A DNA stretch of 64,000 bases from Verrucomicrobiota bacterium (GCA_049510745.1 JBEKYR010000008.1:96001-160000), one strand, 5' to 3'; positions 19,945 to 30,735 are shown, counted from the stretch's first letter. Notes: generated by a model from the sequence alone, not told the origin. Program-made: numbers and translations.

Positions 19945-20230
19945 CTACGGCGAATCTTTATTCGTCGGGGATTTGTTGTGCGAATTGGCCATGGAATCCA
20001 CCTTCTCCCGTAGCAATCTTACTTCCTTGATGAGTTCTCTGATTTCGCTTTCATGGTTCTTGTTGGCTGATTCGAGAAAAAAACTGGAAATGTAAGCCGT
20101 AAACGTTGCAAACAGGCCGACCCCGGCAATCATCAAGAGAACCGCAACACCTCTGCCTTCGAGTGTAACCGGGTACTTATCTCCGTATCCGACTGTTGTC
20201 ACGGTTGTAATTGCCCACCATAATGCGTCG
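19945..20230 (-). pseudogene. Potassium channel fragment (pore helix, filter and inner helix only)
   Basis: 'DALWWAITTVTTVGYGDKYPVT.EGR..AV.LM..G.GLF'; the N-terminal part is missing. Confidence 0.8.
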
Positions 20231-20248
20231 TATACAACGTGCGCCGAC

Positions 20249-20380
20249 GTCAACGCAGGCGTCGGGGAGTTTGGGGAGTTGTTCCAGATTGTCGCCGCAA
20301 TAAATGACGCGGGTGTCCACGAGCGCGGAGGAGGTCATCCGTGAGGGCGCGGGCGGGTTCACGTCGGATTTCGTCGCCAT
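20249..20380 (-). pseudogene. N-terminal fragment of an N4/N6 DNA methyltransferase
   Basis: 'LVDTRVIYCGDNLEQLPKLPDACVD' breaks off just before the expected LIYIDPPF motif. Confidence 0.7.
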
Positions 20381-20452
20381 GAGGGGAGTTTAGGGAAACG
20401 GCGCGAAAAGAAAAGCATATCTCGGATCTCAAATTTCAGGGAAATGCGGCCA

Positions 20453-20590
20453 CCCAAATCCTAACGCGGCCTTACCGCCGAGCGATGACCTATACGATTA
20501 ACGAAGAAGCGGTCGGCGGGGGCGCCGACCGCCGCACGCGAGGGCGCGGGCGCTCCCCGGGATGTACTGCTACGGTTCTTTGGATTTGGG
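20453..20590 (+). repeat. ~150-bp REPIN/MITE-like element, copy 2
   Basis: CCCAAATCC...GGATTTGGG termini with the same core. Confidence 0.9.
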
Positions 20591-20594
20591 CGGG

Positions 20595-22178
20595 TCATTT
20601 CCTCTTGAACGTAAAAATGGCGTTGTCGGTTTTGCGCTCTTCTGCCGCGGCTTCCCTGCCCCAGCGGTACTCGGTGTGGGACGGGTAGATTTCCGCCACG
20701 CCGACTAAATCATACCCGGAGCCGGGGTAACGGCGGATCCAATTGAAAAGGGCCGGGTCGGCGTCCGCCCAGGTCATCCAGGAAGTGCCCGTATTGACCA
20801 CGACGAGAAACTCCGGTTTGGCCGTTTCGACATCGTGGATGAATTCCTGTTGCATGGCGCGGGCGTAGGGCTGGGGTTCAACCAGATCGTACATGTAAAT
20901 ATAGCCGCTGACGGAACGGCGCTGGGCGTAGAAATAAATCTCCGGCTCCGATCCGACCACGGCGAGGCGGTCCCGCGGCGCGGAGTGCTCGCGGATGAAG
21001 CGTCCGATCTCGAGGCATTCCACAAAGGGGCAGTTGAAGTAAATCGCGGCGGAGGCGACCGCCGGCGGCAACTCAAACCAGACGGCGCCATTCTGGTGGA
21101 CCAACCCGGCGCAAACCCCGATAAACAACCCCGCGGGAAGGAATCGCAACGGGGGAAACCGCGTCCGGGCCAGCAGGCCGGCAAAGGCCGGGACTGCCAG
21201 GCCGGCCAACAGGCTGATGGCCGGCAGCAGCACCACAAAGTAATGCTGGGCCAGGTAACGCCCGATCAAACACGCCGCGACGGAACAGATCAGGAACCCG
21301 GAAAAAAAGAATTTCCTCTCCGCCTGTCCCTTCTGGCACAACAACCACAGCAATCCCGCGACACCCATGAGAAACAACCATCGTTCGAAGCCGTGGGAAG
21401 ACATCTGCGCCAGGCGGTGCCGCACGAATCCGGCGGGCAACAATCCCGTATGCACTTGCGCATATGTAACGGTCCAAAACCAAAAGCGCCGAAAAGTTCC
21501 CGCCCGCCACAAAAGCAGGCAGGTCACGGCCAGCGGCGTGATCAGACCGGCGGAAAACAAGAACAAATTCCTGGCGCACAAGCGCCATTGCGCCACGCCC
21601 GCCACCCACGCGTCGCGCGCCAGCAGGGCGAGGGCGAAAAGGCCGAAGAACAGCCCCGGTTGTTTGCACAGGAAGGACAAGCCGAAGAGCAGGCCGCTGA
21701 GAAAGAGCGTGCTGCGTTTCCCGTTTTCGCGCGCCCGCAGCAGCAGGCACAAGCCGCCGAGGGCGTGGATGACGACCAGGTGGGTCGCGTGCGCCTGCAA
21801 TCCGAGCACTGACGAACTGAGCGAGAGCAGAACATAAGCGGCGCAGCAGACCAGGACCCCCGCCTCGTCGAACAACCGGCGGGCCAGATAGAATAACAGC
21901 GCCAGCGTGCCGAGGTTGATGAACAGAAAGCCGAGATGAATGCCGGAGGGGCTTTCGCCAAAGAGCGCCATGAGGAGCGCATAGGCGGCGTAAGTGCCGG
22001 GCATCTTGATGTTGAAGGCCAGTTGGTAAGGGGGGATGCCCTGGAGCATGAGCTGGCCCGAATAAGCGTATTCCCCTTCATCCCGTTCCAAGGGGATCGA
22101 GAGCAGGCGCAGGCGCACCCCCACCGCCAGCAACACCAGCAGGATCAAACCCGCGCTCCAGGCTTTTCGATACTTCAA
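20595..22178 (-). CDS. GT-C fold (ArnT/PMT-like, GT39/83) membrane glycosyltransferase
   Basis: 'PLERDEGEYAY.GQL.L.G.PPY...KMPG' followed by many TM segments. Confidence 0.8.
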   Translation of the reverse strand: MKYRKAWSAGLILLVLLAVGVRLRLLSIPLERDEGEYAYSGQLMLQGIPPYQLAFNIKMPGTYAAYALLMALFGESPSGIHLGFLFINLGTLALLFYLARRLFDEAGVLVCCAAYVLLSLSSSVLGLQAHATHLVVIHALGGLCLLLRARENGKRSTLFLSGLLFGLSFLCKQPGLFFGLFALALLARDAWVAGVAQWRLCARNLFLFSAGLITPLAVTCLLLWRAGTFRRFWFWTVTYAQVHTGLLPAGFVRHRLAQMSSHGFERWLFLMGVAGLLWLLCQKGQAERKFFFSGFLICSVAACLIGRYLAQHYFVVLLPAISLLAGLAVPAFAGLLARTRFPPLRFLPAGLFIGVCAGLVHQNGAVWFELPPAVASAAIYFNCPFVECLEIGRFIREHSAPRDRLAVVGSEPEIYFYAQRRSVSGYIYMYDLVEPQPYARAMQQEFIHDVETAKPEFLVVVNTGTSWMTWADADPALFNWIRRYPGSGYDLVGVAEIYPSHTEYRWGREAAAEERKTDNAIFTFKRK

Positions 22179-22241
22179 AGACAGAAATTTCGCAGACGTA
22201 TAGCAGGCGCCGCGCGCGGCGTCAAACTCCCCGCCTTGGGC

Positions 22242-23927
22242 CTACGGCGCCAGCGTCACGCCAATCATATAGAACTGCGCCGGGCCGTTGGTTGGATTAA
22301 CTGGAGTGGAGACCGTGAAAGATCCCGGGGCGAGCTGCGTCACGGTCGCGCTGAGAATGTTGGTGAAAGGGCCTTCGACGGCGCCGGCGTTTTGCAAAAC
22401 GAATTCCGAGGCGGAGTCGCTTTTTGAGCCAGTGAACTTGACCGTCACGTTTGTGCCGTCATCGGTGAAGCCGGTGATGATGGGCACAACCCGCATCAGG
22501 GCGGTGGTGCTCGTCTGGTTGGTGCCCGCGGGCGGCGAGAATACGCGCAGCCGATGCAGCGGGGCGCCTGCCGCAGCGTAGAGATTGCCCACGCTGTCCC
22601 AGGCGGTGACGAAATACTGGTTGGTTGCGTCCAGATTGGCCACCACGTTCGTCCCGGTGAGGGCGTCGAGAATGCGAATCCCGTTGGTCACGGGGCCGCC
22701 GTTGAGGGCGCAGGCGACGTATTTGGGATGCTGGCGGGAATCGATGGTCGTGTCAAAAACACCCAGGAAATTATTGTCATTGGTCCCGGCGGTCCAGCCG
22801 GTCCCATTGGTCACGGCCTCGCCGTTAAAGGCCATGCCGTCGTTCCAATTGGTAAAGACCATGCACTGGGCGTTGGTGTCGCCGGTGTTAGTTAGAAGAT
22901 ATTGGCCGACGAAAATGTCCATGTTGGCATCGACCATCAGGCCCCCCGAAGCGGCGACGCTGAGAGGGCCGCCGAGGGCGGCGGCGACGGCCCAGTTGCC
23001 GGTTTGGTCATTGGGGTCGGCGACGCCGTTGGTCAGATGCCAGTTCCAAATGCCCGCGCCCAGGAGGTCATTATCGCCCAGCCAGACCAGGCCGTTGGTC
23101 GTGCCCGCGCCGGTGATGTCCATGGAGAACCAGCCGTTGAAGCTGGAGAAGATAATGCCCGCAAACGGGTTTTGGGTGTAATTATTCTGATCCAAAACCA
23201 CTTGATAGGAGTTGAGCGTCGGATCGAAGGAGACGACTTCGCCCCATTCGGTCAAGTCATTCATATAGAGCAGGTCATCGTCGGCCACCCTCATTTTGAG
23301 CGGCACATCGCTGTAGCCATCGTCGTAAATCCCGTCAAAACCGCCGGTGCCATCGGTGCCGTCGCCGGGGAAGGTGCCATCGGCGTTGAGCTTCAAAATC
23401 GTGTCCCGGTCTCCGGGCACGGTTTCGGGATGGGGGCCGGCGCCGGCGTTGCCGACAAAGATGCGGCCGCAAAAGAGGCTGTTGGAATTGTTATCGACAG
23501 CCAGGCCGCGCGGGTCAAAGACATAGTTGCCGGGATTGGTGTCGTGGCTGATTTGGGTCCAATTGGTGTAACCGGCGGCGGCCGGGGTGATGGTGATGAG
23601 GTAGTTGCCGGTGGGGACAGCGATGCCGTTGCTGTTATTGCCGTCCCAAACGAAGAGGTTGCTTCCCATGAGGGCGCCGTTGGCGCCGGGCGGGGCGGTG
23701 AGCACGCGCACCAGGTTTGAACCGGAAGTGACGGCAATGGTTGTTCCGAGAGTGGCCGGCTCGTTGAGAATGTAGGTGATGACGACGTTGCCCGGCGCCA
23801 CGCCGGTCACCAAACTGCGCGCGCCGTCCAATTGCACAGCCGTGGCATAGACGTTGGCGCGGGCGCTGGAGAGCAGCAGCGGGGCGGCCATGACAACGGC
23901 AAGCAACCTCCCAATAAATTTCCTCAT
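22242..23927 (-). CDS. Secreted protein with a FlgD-like Ig domain and a beta-propeller-like region
   Basis: Signal peptide MRKFIGRLLAVV...ARA and 'ITYILNEPA...WDGNNSNG.AVPTGNY'; Asn/Thr/Gly-rich. Confidence 0.7.
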   Translation of the reverse strand: MRKFIGRLLAVVMAAPLLLSSARANVYATAVQLDGARSLVTGVAPGNVVITYILNEPATLGTTIAVTSGSNLVRVLTAPPGANGALMGSNLFVWDGNNSNGIAVPTGNYLITITPAAAGYTNWTQISHDTNPGNYVFDPRGLAVDNNSNSLFCGRIFVGNAGAGPHPETVPGDRDTILKLNADGTFPGDGTDGTGGFDGIYDDGYSDVPLKMRVADDDLLYMNDLTEWGEVVSFDPTLNSYQVVLDQNNYTQNPFAGIIFSSFNGWFSMDITGAGTTNGLVWLGDNDLLGAGIWNWHLTNGVADPNDQTGNWAVAAALGGPLSVAASGGLMVDANMDIFVGQYLLTNTGDTNAQCMVFTNWNDGMAFNGEAVTNGTGWTAGTNDNNFLGVFDTTIDSRQHPKYVACALNGGPVTNGIRILDALTGTNVVANLDATNQYFVTAWDSVGNLYAAAGAPLHRLRVFSPPAGTNQTSTTALMRVVPIITGFTDDGTNVTVKFTGSKSDSASEFVLQNAGAVEGPFTNILSATVTQLAPGSFTVSTPVNPTNGPAQFYMIGVTLAP

Positions 23928-24169
23928 GTTGACACTAATATAACGCAAAACGCGCCGCTGGTAAACAGTTTCTTGGGGTTCTGTTGGATGGCCCCGTTCT
24001 CCGTTTTGCCGACGAAGCAGTCGGCTCCGTTGGTCCCGCCGCCGGAGGTCGTGCCGCAACAACTGCCATCCCCGCCCCCAACCATGCGACTATTCTCCCG
24101 GCCTTGGCGGGATGACAAGCATTTTCGGAGTTCCCTCCAATTCCTCCAGGACGGGCCTTGTTCGGGATG

Positions 24170-24901
24170 CTATGCACCTGACTTTACTTTCAAGTGTTGT
24201 TCGATAATCTCTTTCACATAGCCGGGAATATTTTTTTGAAGCTCGAGAGTTTGTCGCTTCAACTTCTCATAAATGTCCACTTCCGATTCCATCTACAGAA
24301 TATCGGCGCGACGAATCTGCCGCATGGCGACGTGCGTGTAATTTTCGGGGAATGCCCAGTAACAATTCCGGCAAATTTCGAGCTTCTTCAATTCGAGCCA
24401 GTTGACGCAATGCTCGCAAGACCAGGATTTCGCACGATTTGCCGAACCGCAGAGCAGCATGTAATCAGGCACAGCCATTTCAGCGCCGCGAACGTCGCCC
24501 AAAACTTCAAATGGAACACGATGGTCAATTTGCAGTTCGCGCTCGGGAAAGGGCGTCATGTAAATCGCACAACGTTGACCGTGCAGCGCAATCAACTTTT
24601 GTTTTAATTCTCTGCCCAAAACCGTTCGGCCAACCTGGCTTCCAAATCTCGCCTTGCGCGGATCGCCAAAGCGATAAGCGGCAATCTTTCGACCATCGCT
24701 GCCTGCGACTCGAAACATCTCGATGGGGATGCCGTGCTCCTTCACATCTCGAACAGCGCGAGGCGGATGGTTGTAGCCGTATTTGTCTTTCAATTCCTGG
24801 GTCGTGATGAAACCGTGTTTGAGAATATGCGTGATGACCGTCCGAGGACGTTTGGCTTTGACCGCTTTGCATAGTTTCAAAAACTCTGAAGGGAGTTTCA
24901 T
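24170..24901 (-). pseudogene. SphI-like HNH restriction endonuclease with an in-frame TAG at 24293-24295
   Basis: 'YNHPPRAVRD', 'ELQIDHRVPF', 'LCGSANRAKSWSCEHC.NW' and 'CYWAFPENYTHV' match R.SphI as recalled. The frame continues 40 codons past the TAG. Confidence 0.75.
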
Positions 24902-25812
24902 TTCGCTTTCTCCTCCAGCAATGCCAATTGCTTTGCGGAATCGCGCGGGTAACGTCGGGCAAGATGCAGGGATTCCGCCAAGGCGGGCGACAAGTAAAGC
25001 GACTCGATGGTGATTTCCGCGCGGCCTAACAGCGTGGCCTGGGACGAGCGTCCGGCGCGTAATTCGACATGATGCAGCCGCAAACGCTCCGGCAACTTGC
25101 GTCCATGCACGCGCTCGCCCGTCCGTCCGTCGTAGCTGACAAGGTATTTGATGTCGCGATAATTGAGCGTTTCCAACACTTCGACAAATTCATTGAACAA
25201 GACGCCTTGAAGATAACGCGGGTCGCGTTCGCCGCAGACGCCTTGATACGGCGGGTCTAAATAAAGGAGATCGTCTGGCGTGGTTCGCGCGACAATTTCC
25301 TTGTAATCACTGGCGATGCAGGCGGTTTTCCCCCGGAGCAAATGGGACGCGCCGAGGATTTGCAGACGCATCGTTTCCGGCAGCGCGCCCATGCGGCGAT
25401 TATCCGGGCTTTGATTGAATTGGCCGCCGGCGTTGTAGCGCACGGAAGCCTTCACGCAGCGCGCCAGAAGATAAAGAAAACGATCCGGCCTGCCGGTGCG
25501 ATTGAATTGTTCGCGAACTTTGTCGTAATACTGCCGTCTGTCATCGTGCTGCGCCCGCCAAAGCGTTTCATACTGGCGGGCGAGTTTTTCGGGCGATTCG
25601 ATGATGGCACGCCATAATTCCACCAGCGGCTGATTCAGGTCGGCGATGACGTATCGCTCCGCGAGTCCGCGCGCGGCAGCCGCCAGCGTCAAGGCCGCCG
25701 AACCAGCGAACGGTTCAATCAGCGTCGCAACGTTCTGTGGAAAAAATTCCAGAATTGCCGGCGCCAGATTCCGCTTGCTGCCCTGGTAAGGAATTGGGTG
25801 CGGAACTTTCAT
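24898..25812 (-). CDS. Dam/D12-class N6-adenine DNA methyltransferase
   Basis: 'IPYQGSKRNLA', 'EPFAGSA', 'YLDPPY'; overlaps the endonuclease start by 4 bp (ATGA). Confidence 0.92.
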   Translation of the reverse strand: MKVPHPIPYQGSKRNLAPAILEFFPQNVATLIEPFAGSAALTLAAAARGLAERYVIADLNQPLVELWRAIIESPEKLARQYETLWRAQHDDRRQYYDKVREQFNRTGRPDRFLYLLARCVKASVRYNAGGQFNQSPDNRRMGALPETMRLQILGASHLLRGKTACIASDYKEIVARTTPDDLLYLDPPYQGVCGERDPRYLQGVLFNEFVEVLETLNYRDIKYLVSYDGRTGERVHGRKLPERLRLHHVELRAGRSSQATLLGRAEITIESLYLSPALAESLHLARRYPRDSAKQLALLEEKAK

Positions 25813-25824
25813 ACCTTCGCAAAC

Positions 25825-25911
25825 TTAGCAGACGATTTCGTTTTGAAAATTATTTTCGCCGAAAATCTGGCCGGGCATGACGTTAACGTAGTGGCTGCCG
25901 TGCCAGTCGCA
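25825..25911 (-). pseudogene. Internal fragment of an N4/N6 DNA methyltransferase
   Basis: Manual translation gives 'CDWHGSHYVNVMPGQIFGENNFQNEIVC*', matching the HCDWHASHYVKVMLDQIFG..NF.NEI.W motif. Confidence 0.7.
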
Positions 25912-26033
25912 GGGGTGGTTCCAGATTGTCGCAAGGAGGGAAATGCGCCCAAAGTCTCCGTTGACCGGGGCGCTTTTTTGCGGTTCAATGCCCGGCACTC
26001 GGACGCCGGGGTCCCACCTGACGCCCGCGTTTG

Positions 26034-27080
26034 ATGCTCACACAACATGACATCCTGGAGGCGCTCAGGGCGGTGCGGTATCCCGGCTATTCGCGGGATG
26101 TGGTTTCGTTCGGCCTGGTCAGGAATATCGCGGTCAACGGCGGCGCGGTGAGCGTTTTCTTCCAGTTGAACGGGGGCAACGCGGAGATCGCCCGCCAAAT
26201 CAAGAGCGAGGCGGAGAGTGTCCTCCGCGCCGTCAAAGGGGTGGAGCAGTTGCACGTCGAGGTGGCGGAGACTCCCGGAGCGAAAGCCCCCGCTCCAGCC
26301 CAGAGCGCCGGGGGCCAGAGCAACCGCGTGCCGGGAATCCGGCGCATCGTCGCGGTGGCCAGCGGCAAGGGCGGCGTCGGCAAGTCCACGGTGTCGGCCA
26401 ACCTGGCCTGCGCGTTGCGGCAATTGGGCGGGGCGGTCGGGTTGCTCGATTGCGATATTTACGGGCCAAGCATCCCGCTGATGATGGGCACGCGCGACAA
26501 ACCGACCGTCAGCGAGGCGGAAAAACTGGTGCCGCCCTCCAGCCACGGCGTCAAGCTCATGAGCATGGGTTTTTTGATCGACGACAACGCGCCGGTGATT
26601 TGGCGCGGGCCGATGATTGTGAAGACGATCCAGCAATTCATCGGCGACGTGGAATGGGGCGAGTTGGATTATTTGCTGGTGGACCTGCCGCCGGGAACGG
26701 GCGACGCCCAGCTTACACTCTGCCAGACCGTCCCGCTGGACGGCGGAGTGATTGTCACCACCCCGCAGGAAGCTTCGCTGGGCGTGGTGCGCAAGGGGAT
26801 TGCCATGTTTGAGAAGCTCAACGTGCCGATCCTGGGCATCATCGAAAATATGAGCTATTACACCACGCCCACCGGGGAGCGGGTGGAGATATTTGGTCAT
26901 GGCGGGGGCAAGGCGGAGGCGGAGCGGCGCAAAGTGCCCTTTTTGGGGGAGATTCCTATCTTCGTCGAAATCCGCCGTGGCGGCGATTCCGGCGTGCCGG
27001 TCGTCGTATCAGATACGCAAGCGGCTCCGGCGCAAGCCTTTATAGGGATTGCGAAGACCTTGCGCGCCGCCTTGGGATAG
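26034..27080 (+). CDS. mrp: Mrp/ApbC/NBP35 Fe-S cluster carrier ATPase
   Basis: N-terminal DUF59, 'VASGKGGVGKST', 'WRGPM', 'DLPPGTGD', 'ENMS'. Confidence 0.93.
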   Translation: MLTQHDILEALRAVRYPGYSRDVVSFGLVRNIAVNGGAVSVFFQLNGGNAEIARQIKSEAESVLRAVKGVEQLHVEVAETPGAKAPAPAQSAGGQSNRVPGIRRIVAVASGKGGVGKSTVSANLACALRQLGGAVGLLDCDIYGPSIPLMMGTRDKPTVSEAEKLVPPSSHGVKLMSMGFLIDDNAPVIWRGPMIVKTIQQFIGDVEWGELDYLLVDLPPGTGDAQLTLCQTVPLDGGVIVTTPQEASLGVVRKGIAMFEKLNVPILGIIENMSYYTTPTGERVEIFGHGGGKAEAERRKVPFLGEIPIFVEIRRGGDSGVPVVVSDTQAAPAQAFIGIAKTLRAALG

Positions 27081-27099
27081 GGTATCATAATAAGTGCTT

Positions 27100-27456
27100 A
27101 TGGATTCTCTTGCGAACCATGGCCAGGAAGGGAAAAAACCAAACGGGGACAGTCACGCCCTCGAGGATTTGATTTGGACGGAACTCCGTCAGTGTTATGA
27201 TCCGGAGATTCCGCTGAACATCGTCGATTTGGGCCTGGTGTACGGCGTGGCGGTCAAGGATGGCCGAGTGGATGTAAAAATGACCCTGACATCGCCGGGC
27301 TGCCACTTGGGCGGGCAGATAGCCGGCAAGGTGCAGGAGCGGGTTCTGGCTCTGGACGAGATAGAGGAGGCCAATGTGGAGTTGGTTTGGGACCCGCCTT
27401 GGCATCAAAGCATGATCAGCGCGGCGGGGCGGAGATCGCTCGGTTTGGACGGATAA
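27100..27456 (+). CDS. DUF59/SufT-like Fe-S assembly protein
   Basis: 'YDPEIPLNIVDLGLVY...MTLTSPGC...VELVWDPPW'. Confidence 0.9.
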   Translation: MDSLANHGQEGKKPNGDSHALEDLIWTELRQCYDPEIPLNIVDLGLVYGVAVKDGRVDVKMTLTSPGCHLGGQIAGKVQERVLALDEIEEANVELVWDPPWHQSMISAAGRRSLGLDG

Positions 27457-27525
27457 ATTATGTTGATTTTGAAGAACCGTAACCGTATTGTCGCGCGCAC
27501 GTAACAACAAATAGACAAACCAGCT

Positions 27526-27753
27526 ATGGCCAACACAGTAGAAAACTCGACGGGCAGCGACTTGGTGAAGAAGTCCTCGCTCTACCGCGAATTTCAGGCG
27601 GAACGCGAGGAGATTTTGAAGCACAAATGGATCGAATCGGAGAAGGCCGGCCATGATATAGGCTTCGAAACCGCATTGACGGATTGGATCATCAAGCACC
27701 GCAGCAAATGGCGCAAAGGCCGCCAGCCTCCCGTTGTTTCAAACAGCATGTAA
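27526..27753 (+). CDS. Small DUF4032-like protein
   Basis: 'EREEILKHKWIESEKAGHDIGFE.AL.DW'. Confidence 0.75.
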   Translation: MANTVENSTGSDLVKKSSLYREFQAEREEILKHKWIESEKAGHDIGFETALTDWIIKHRSKWRKGRQPPVVSNSM

Positions 27754-27767
27754 CGCCGGTTGTCCGG

Positions 27768-27867
27768 CCTGCCTTCGAGCGCGATCCTGCGAGGTCGCAA
27801 AGGCGATGAAAATGGAAATTTTGAACATCGAACCGGCCTGGATTTACCGGGTGGGTTCGGCTTTTTT
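27768..27867 (+). promoter_or_regulatory. PyrR-binding attenuator leader
   Basis: Hairpin GCGATCCTGCGAGGTCGC fits the PyrR loop consensus ARUCCNGNGAGGYU. It is followed by a terminator-like stem (27830-27858) and a T run just before pyrR. Confidence 0.8.
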
Positions 27868-28401
27868 ATGCCCCAGTCCGTTGTCGTCCTGAACGGAGCG
27901 GCGATGCAGCGCGTGCTCACCCGCATCGCCCACGAGATTGCCGAGCGCAATGAAAACAGCGCCGAAGTGGTGCTGGTCGGCATCCAGCGGGGCGGGGTCT
28001 TTCTGGCCCGCCGCCTGGCCGCGACGCTGCAATCGATCTGGAACCACCCCGTCCCCGTCGGCGCCCTGGACGTGGGGATGCATCGGGACGATCTGAACCA
28101 GAATGCCGCCCCGAACATGCAGCCCACCGTGATCCCATTTGATATCACCGGAAAAACGGTCATTTTGGTCGATGACGTGCTTTTTAGCGGGCGCACCACG
28201 CGCGCGGCGCTGGATGCGTTGAACGATTTTGGCCGCGCCCAGCGGATTCAGTTGGCCGTTTTGGTGGACCGCGGCCATCGTGAACTGCCGATCAAAGCGG
28301 ACTTCGTCGGGAAAAATGTCCCGACGGCCGCCCGGGAACGGGTCGATGTCCGCTTCCAAGAAGAGGGCGGCCCGGACGAAGTGGCGTTGGAACGGAACTG
28401 A
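27868..28401 (+). CDS. pyrR: Bifunctional pyr operon regulator / uracil phosphoribosyltransferase
   Basis: '[12 protein letters not shown]', '[21 protein letters not shown]', '[20 protein letters not shown]'. Confidence 0.96.
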   Translation: MPQSVVVLNGAAMQRVLTRIAHEIAERNENSAEVVLVGIQRGGVFLARRLAATLQSIWNHPVPVGALDVGMHRDDLNQNAAPNMQPTVIPFDITGKTVILVDDVLFSGRTTRAALDALNDFGRAQRIQLAVLVDRGHRELPIKADFVGKNVPTAARERVDVRFQEEGGPDEVALERN

Positions 28402-28403
28402 AC

Positions 28404-29345
28404 ATGGCCTGGAACCGGAAACATCTTCTGGACATTCAATCGCTGGGCGCGGACGAGATCGTCACGGTGCTGGACACGGCGCGGGCGTTCAAAGCGGTCG
28501 GGGAACGGGCGATCAAGAAGGTGCCGGCCCTGCGGGGCAAGACGGTCGTCAATTTGTTCGTCGAGCCGTCCACCCGCACGCGGATCAGCTTTGAATTGGC
28601 CGAGCAGCGCCTCACGGCCGACGTGATCAACTTCTCCGCCGAAGCCTCCTCCCTGAAGAAGGGAGAGACGCTCAAAGACACGGCCCGCAATCTGGAGGCG
28701 CTCAACGCGGACTTCATCGTCATGCGCCACAGCGCCAGCGGCGCGCCGCATTTTCTTGCGCGTTTTCTGCGCTCCAGCGTGATCAACGCCGGCGACGGCG
28801 CGCACGAGCATCCGACCCAGGCGCTGCTGGACGCCTTTACCATCCGGGAGAAGCGGGGCAAGATCGAGGGATTGAAGGTGACGATCCTGGGCGACATCCT
28901 TTACAGCCGGGTGGCACGCTCGAACATCTGGGCGCTGACCAAACTGGGGGCGCGGGTGACGTTATGCGGCCCCGCCACCCTGGTGCCGCGCGTCTTCGAG
29001 AAAATGGGCTGCCGCGTCACCTACAACGTGGACGAAGCCATCGCCGAGGCGGACGTGATCAATCTGCTGCGCATTCAACACGAGCGCCAGCGCAAGACGA
29101 TGTTTCCGAGCATCGGCGAATACACCAGCCTATTCGGCCTGACCAAGGCCCGGCTGGCGCGGACCAAACCGGAAGCGCTGATCATGCACCCCGGCCCGAT
29201 CAACCGCGGGGTGGAAATCGACAGCGAGATCGCCGACTCGGCGCGGTCGCTCATCCTCGACCAGGTGACCAACGGCCTGGCCGTGCGCATGGCGGTCCTT
29301 TTCCTCATCAACGGCGGGCAAGGCCCGCAGGGCGTGGCGGCCTGA
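28404..29345 (+). CDS. pyrB: Aspartate carbamoyltransferase catalytic subunit
   Basis: '[11 protein letters not shown]', '[16 protein letters not shown]', '[12 protein letters not shown]'. Confidence 0.97.
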   Translation: MAWNRKHLLDIQSLGADEIVTVLDTARAFKAVGERAIKKVPALRGKTVVNLFVEPSTRTRISFELAEQRLTADVINFSAEASSLKKGETLKDTARNLEALNADFIVMRHSASGAPHFLARFLRSSVINAGDGAHEHPTQALLDAFTIREKRGKIEGLKVTILGDILYSRVARSNIWALTKLGARVTLCGPATLVPRVFEKMGCRVTYNVDEAIAEADVINLLRIQHERQRKTMFPSIGEYTSLFGLTKARLARTKPEALIMHPGPINRGVEIDSEIADSARSLILDQVTNGLAVRMAVLFLINGGQGPQGVAA

Positions 29346-29437
29346 AGCCCGGGCAAGGCTCAAAAAAAAAGGACAGAATGCAGAAAAAGGGGTGGAAACC
29401 CGGAGCAAGGGCTGTATAAGATGGGGCACTTAATAAT

Positions 29438-30718
29438 ATGAATCAGAAAGCGCAATTGCAATTGGATGGCAAGGTGTACGAACTGCCGATAACGACCGGG
29501 AGCGAAGGGGAGAAGGCGGTGGATATATCGACGCTGCGGGACACGACGGGGTACATCACGCTGGATGACGGCTACGCGAACACCGGCTCGTGCAAAAGCG
29601 CGGTGACGTTTATTGACGGAGAGAAGGGGATTTTGCGGTACCGCGGCATCCCGATCGAGGAACTGGCGGTGAAATCAACGTTCATGGAGACGGCGTATTT
29701 GCTCATTTACGGGAAGCTGCCGACGCGGGAGCAGAAGACGCGGTTCTCGGATTTGTTGACACAGAACGAGAATTTGCACGAAGGAATGAAGTATCATTTC
29801 GAGGGGTTCCCCCCGTCGTCGCACCCGATGGCCATGCTCTCGGCCATGATCAACGCGAGCGGTTGTTTTTTCCCGGGATTGATGGAGCCGCCGGACTCGG
29901 AGCGTTTCGATCTTCAGGCGGCGCGGCTGATCTCGCAGGTGCGGACGATTGCGGCATTTTCGTACCGGAAATCGCTCGGGTTGCCGTTTGTCTATCCGAA
30001 GCCGAGCTACAAGTACACGGCGAACTTTCTCTACATGATGTTTTCGGATCCGTATGACAGTTATGAATTGAAGCCGGAAGTGGTGAAGGCGCTGGATTTG
30101 ATTTTTCTTCTGCACGCCGACCACGAGCAGAATTGCTCGACTTCGACCGTGCGGATGGTGGCGTCGAGCGAGGCGAATCTGTTCGCCAGCGCGGCGGCGG
30201 GGGTTTGCGCGCTGTGGGGGCCGCTGCACGGAGGGGCCAACCAGGCGGTGATCACGATGCTGGAGGCAATTCACCGCGAAGGCGACGACGGCCGGAAATT
30301 CATCACGGCGGTCAAGGACAAGAACAGCGGCAAGCGGCTGATGGGATTCGGGCACCGGGTTTACAAGAATTACGATCCGCGGGCCAAGATCATCAAGGCG
30401 GCCTGCGACGCGCTGCTGCACACGCTGCGCCGGGAGGACCCGTTGCTGGGCATCGCGCGCAAGCTGGAGGAGGCGGCGCTGCATGATTCGTATTTTGTGG
30501 AGCGCAAGCTGTATCCCAACGTTGATTTTTACAGCGGCATCATGATGCGGGCCATAGGGATTCCGACGGAGATGTTTACGGTCATGTTTGCCATCGGGCG
30601 GATGCCGGGATGGATCGCCAATTTCAAGGAGATACTGGACGAGCGGCGGAAGCGGATTTGCCGGCCCCGGCAGATCTATATCGGGCCGACGGAAACGCAT
30701 TACCTTCCGCCGGATTAG
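29438..30718 (+). CDS. gltA: Citrate synthase (type II)
   Basis: '[12 protein letters not shown]', 'GPLHGGAN', '[14 protein letters not shown]', 'YPNVDFYSG'. Confidence 0.97.
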   Translation: MNQKAQLQLDGKVYELPITTGSEGEKAVDISTLRDTTGYITLDDGYANTGSCKSAVTFIDGEKGILRYRGIPIEELAVKSTFMETAYLLIYGKLPTREQKTRFSDLLTQNENLHEGMKYHFEGFPPSSHPMAMLSAMINASGCFFPGLMEPPDSERFDLQAARLISQVRTIAAFSYRKSLGLPFVYPKPSYKYTANFLYMMFSDPYDSYELKPEVVKALDLIFLLHADHEQNCSTSTVRMVASSEANLFASAAAGVCALWGPLHGGANQAVITMLEAIHREGDDGRKFITAVKDKNSGKRLMGFGHRVYKNYDPRAKIIKAACDALLHTLRREDPLLGIARKLEEAALHDSYFVERKLYPNVDFYSGIMMRAIGIPTEMFTVMFAIGRMPGWIANFKEILDERRKRICRPRQIYIGPTETHYLPPD

Positions 30719-30735
30719 AGCGGTTTAAGAAATAG

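Noticed and set aside
24293..24295. Programmed amber readthrough or recoding in the endonuclease
   Set aside because: TAG ends several normal genes here (for example uvrA at 8253, mrp and gltA) and no recoding machinery is visible. A nonsense mutation or sequencing error is simpler.
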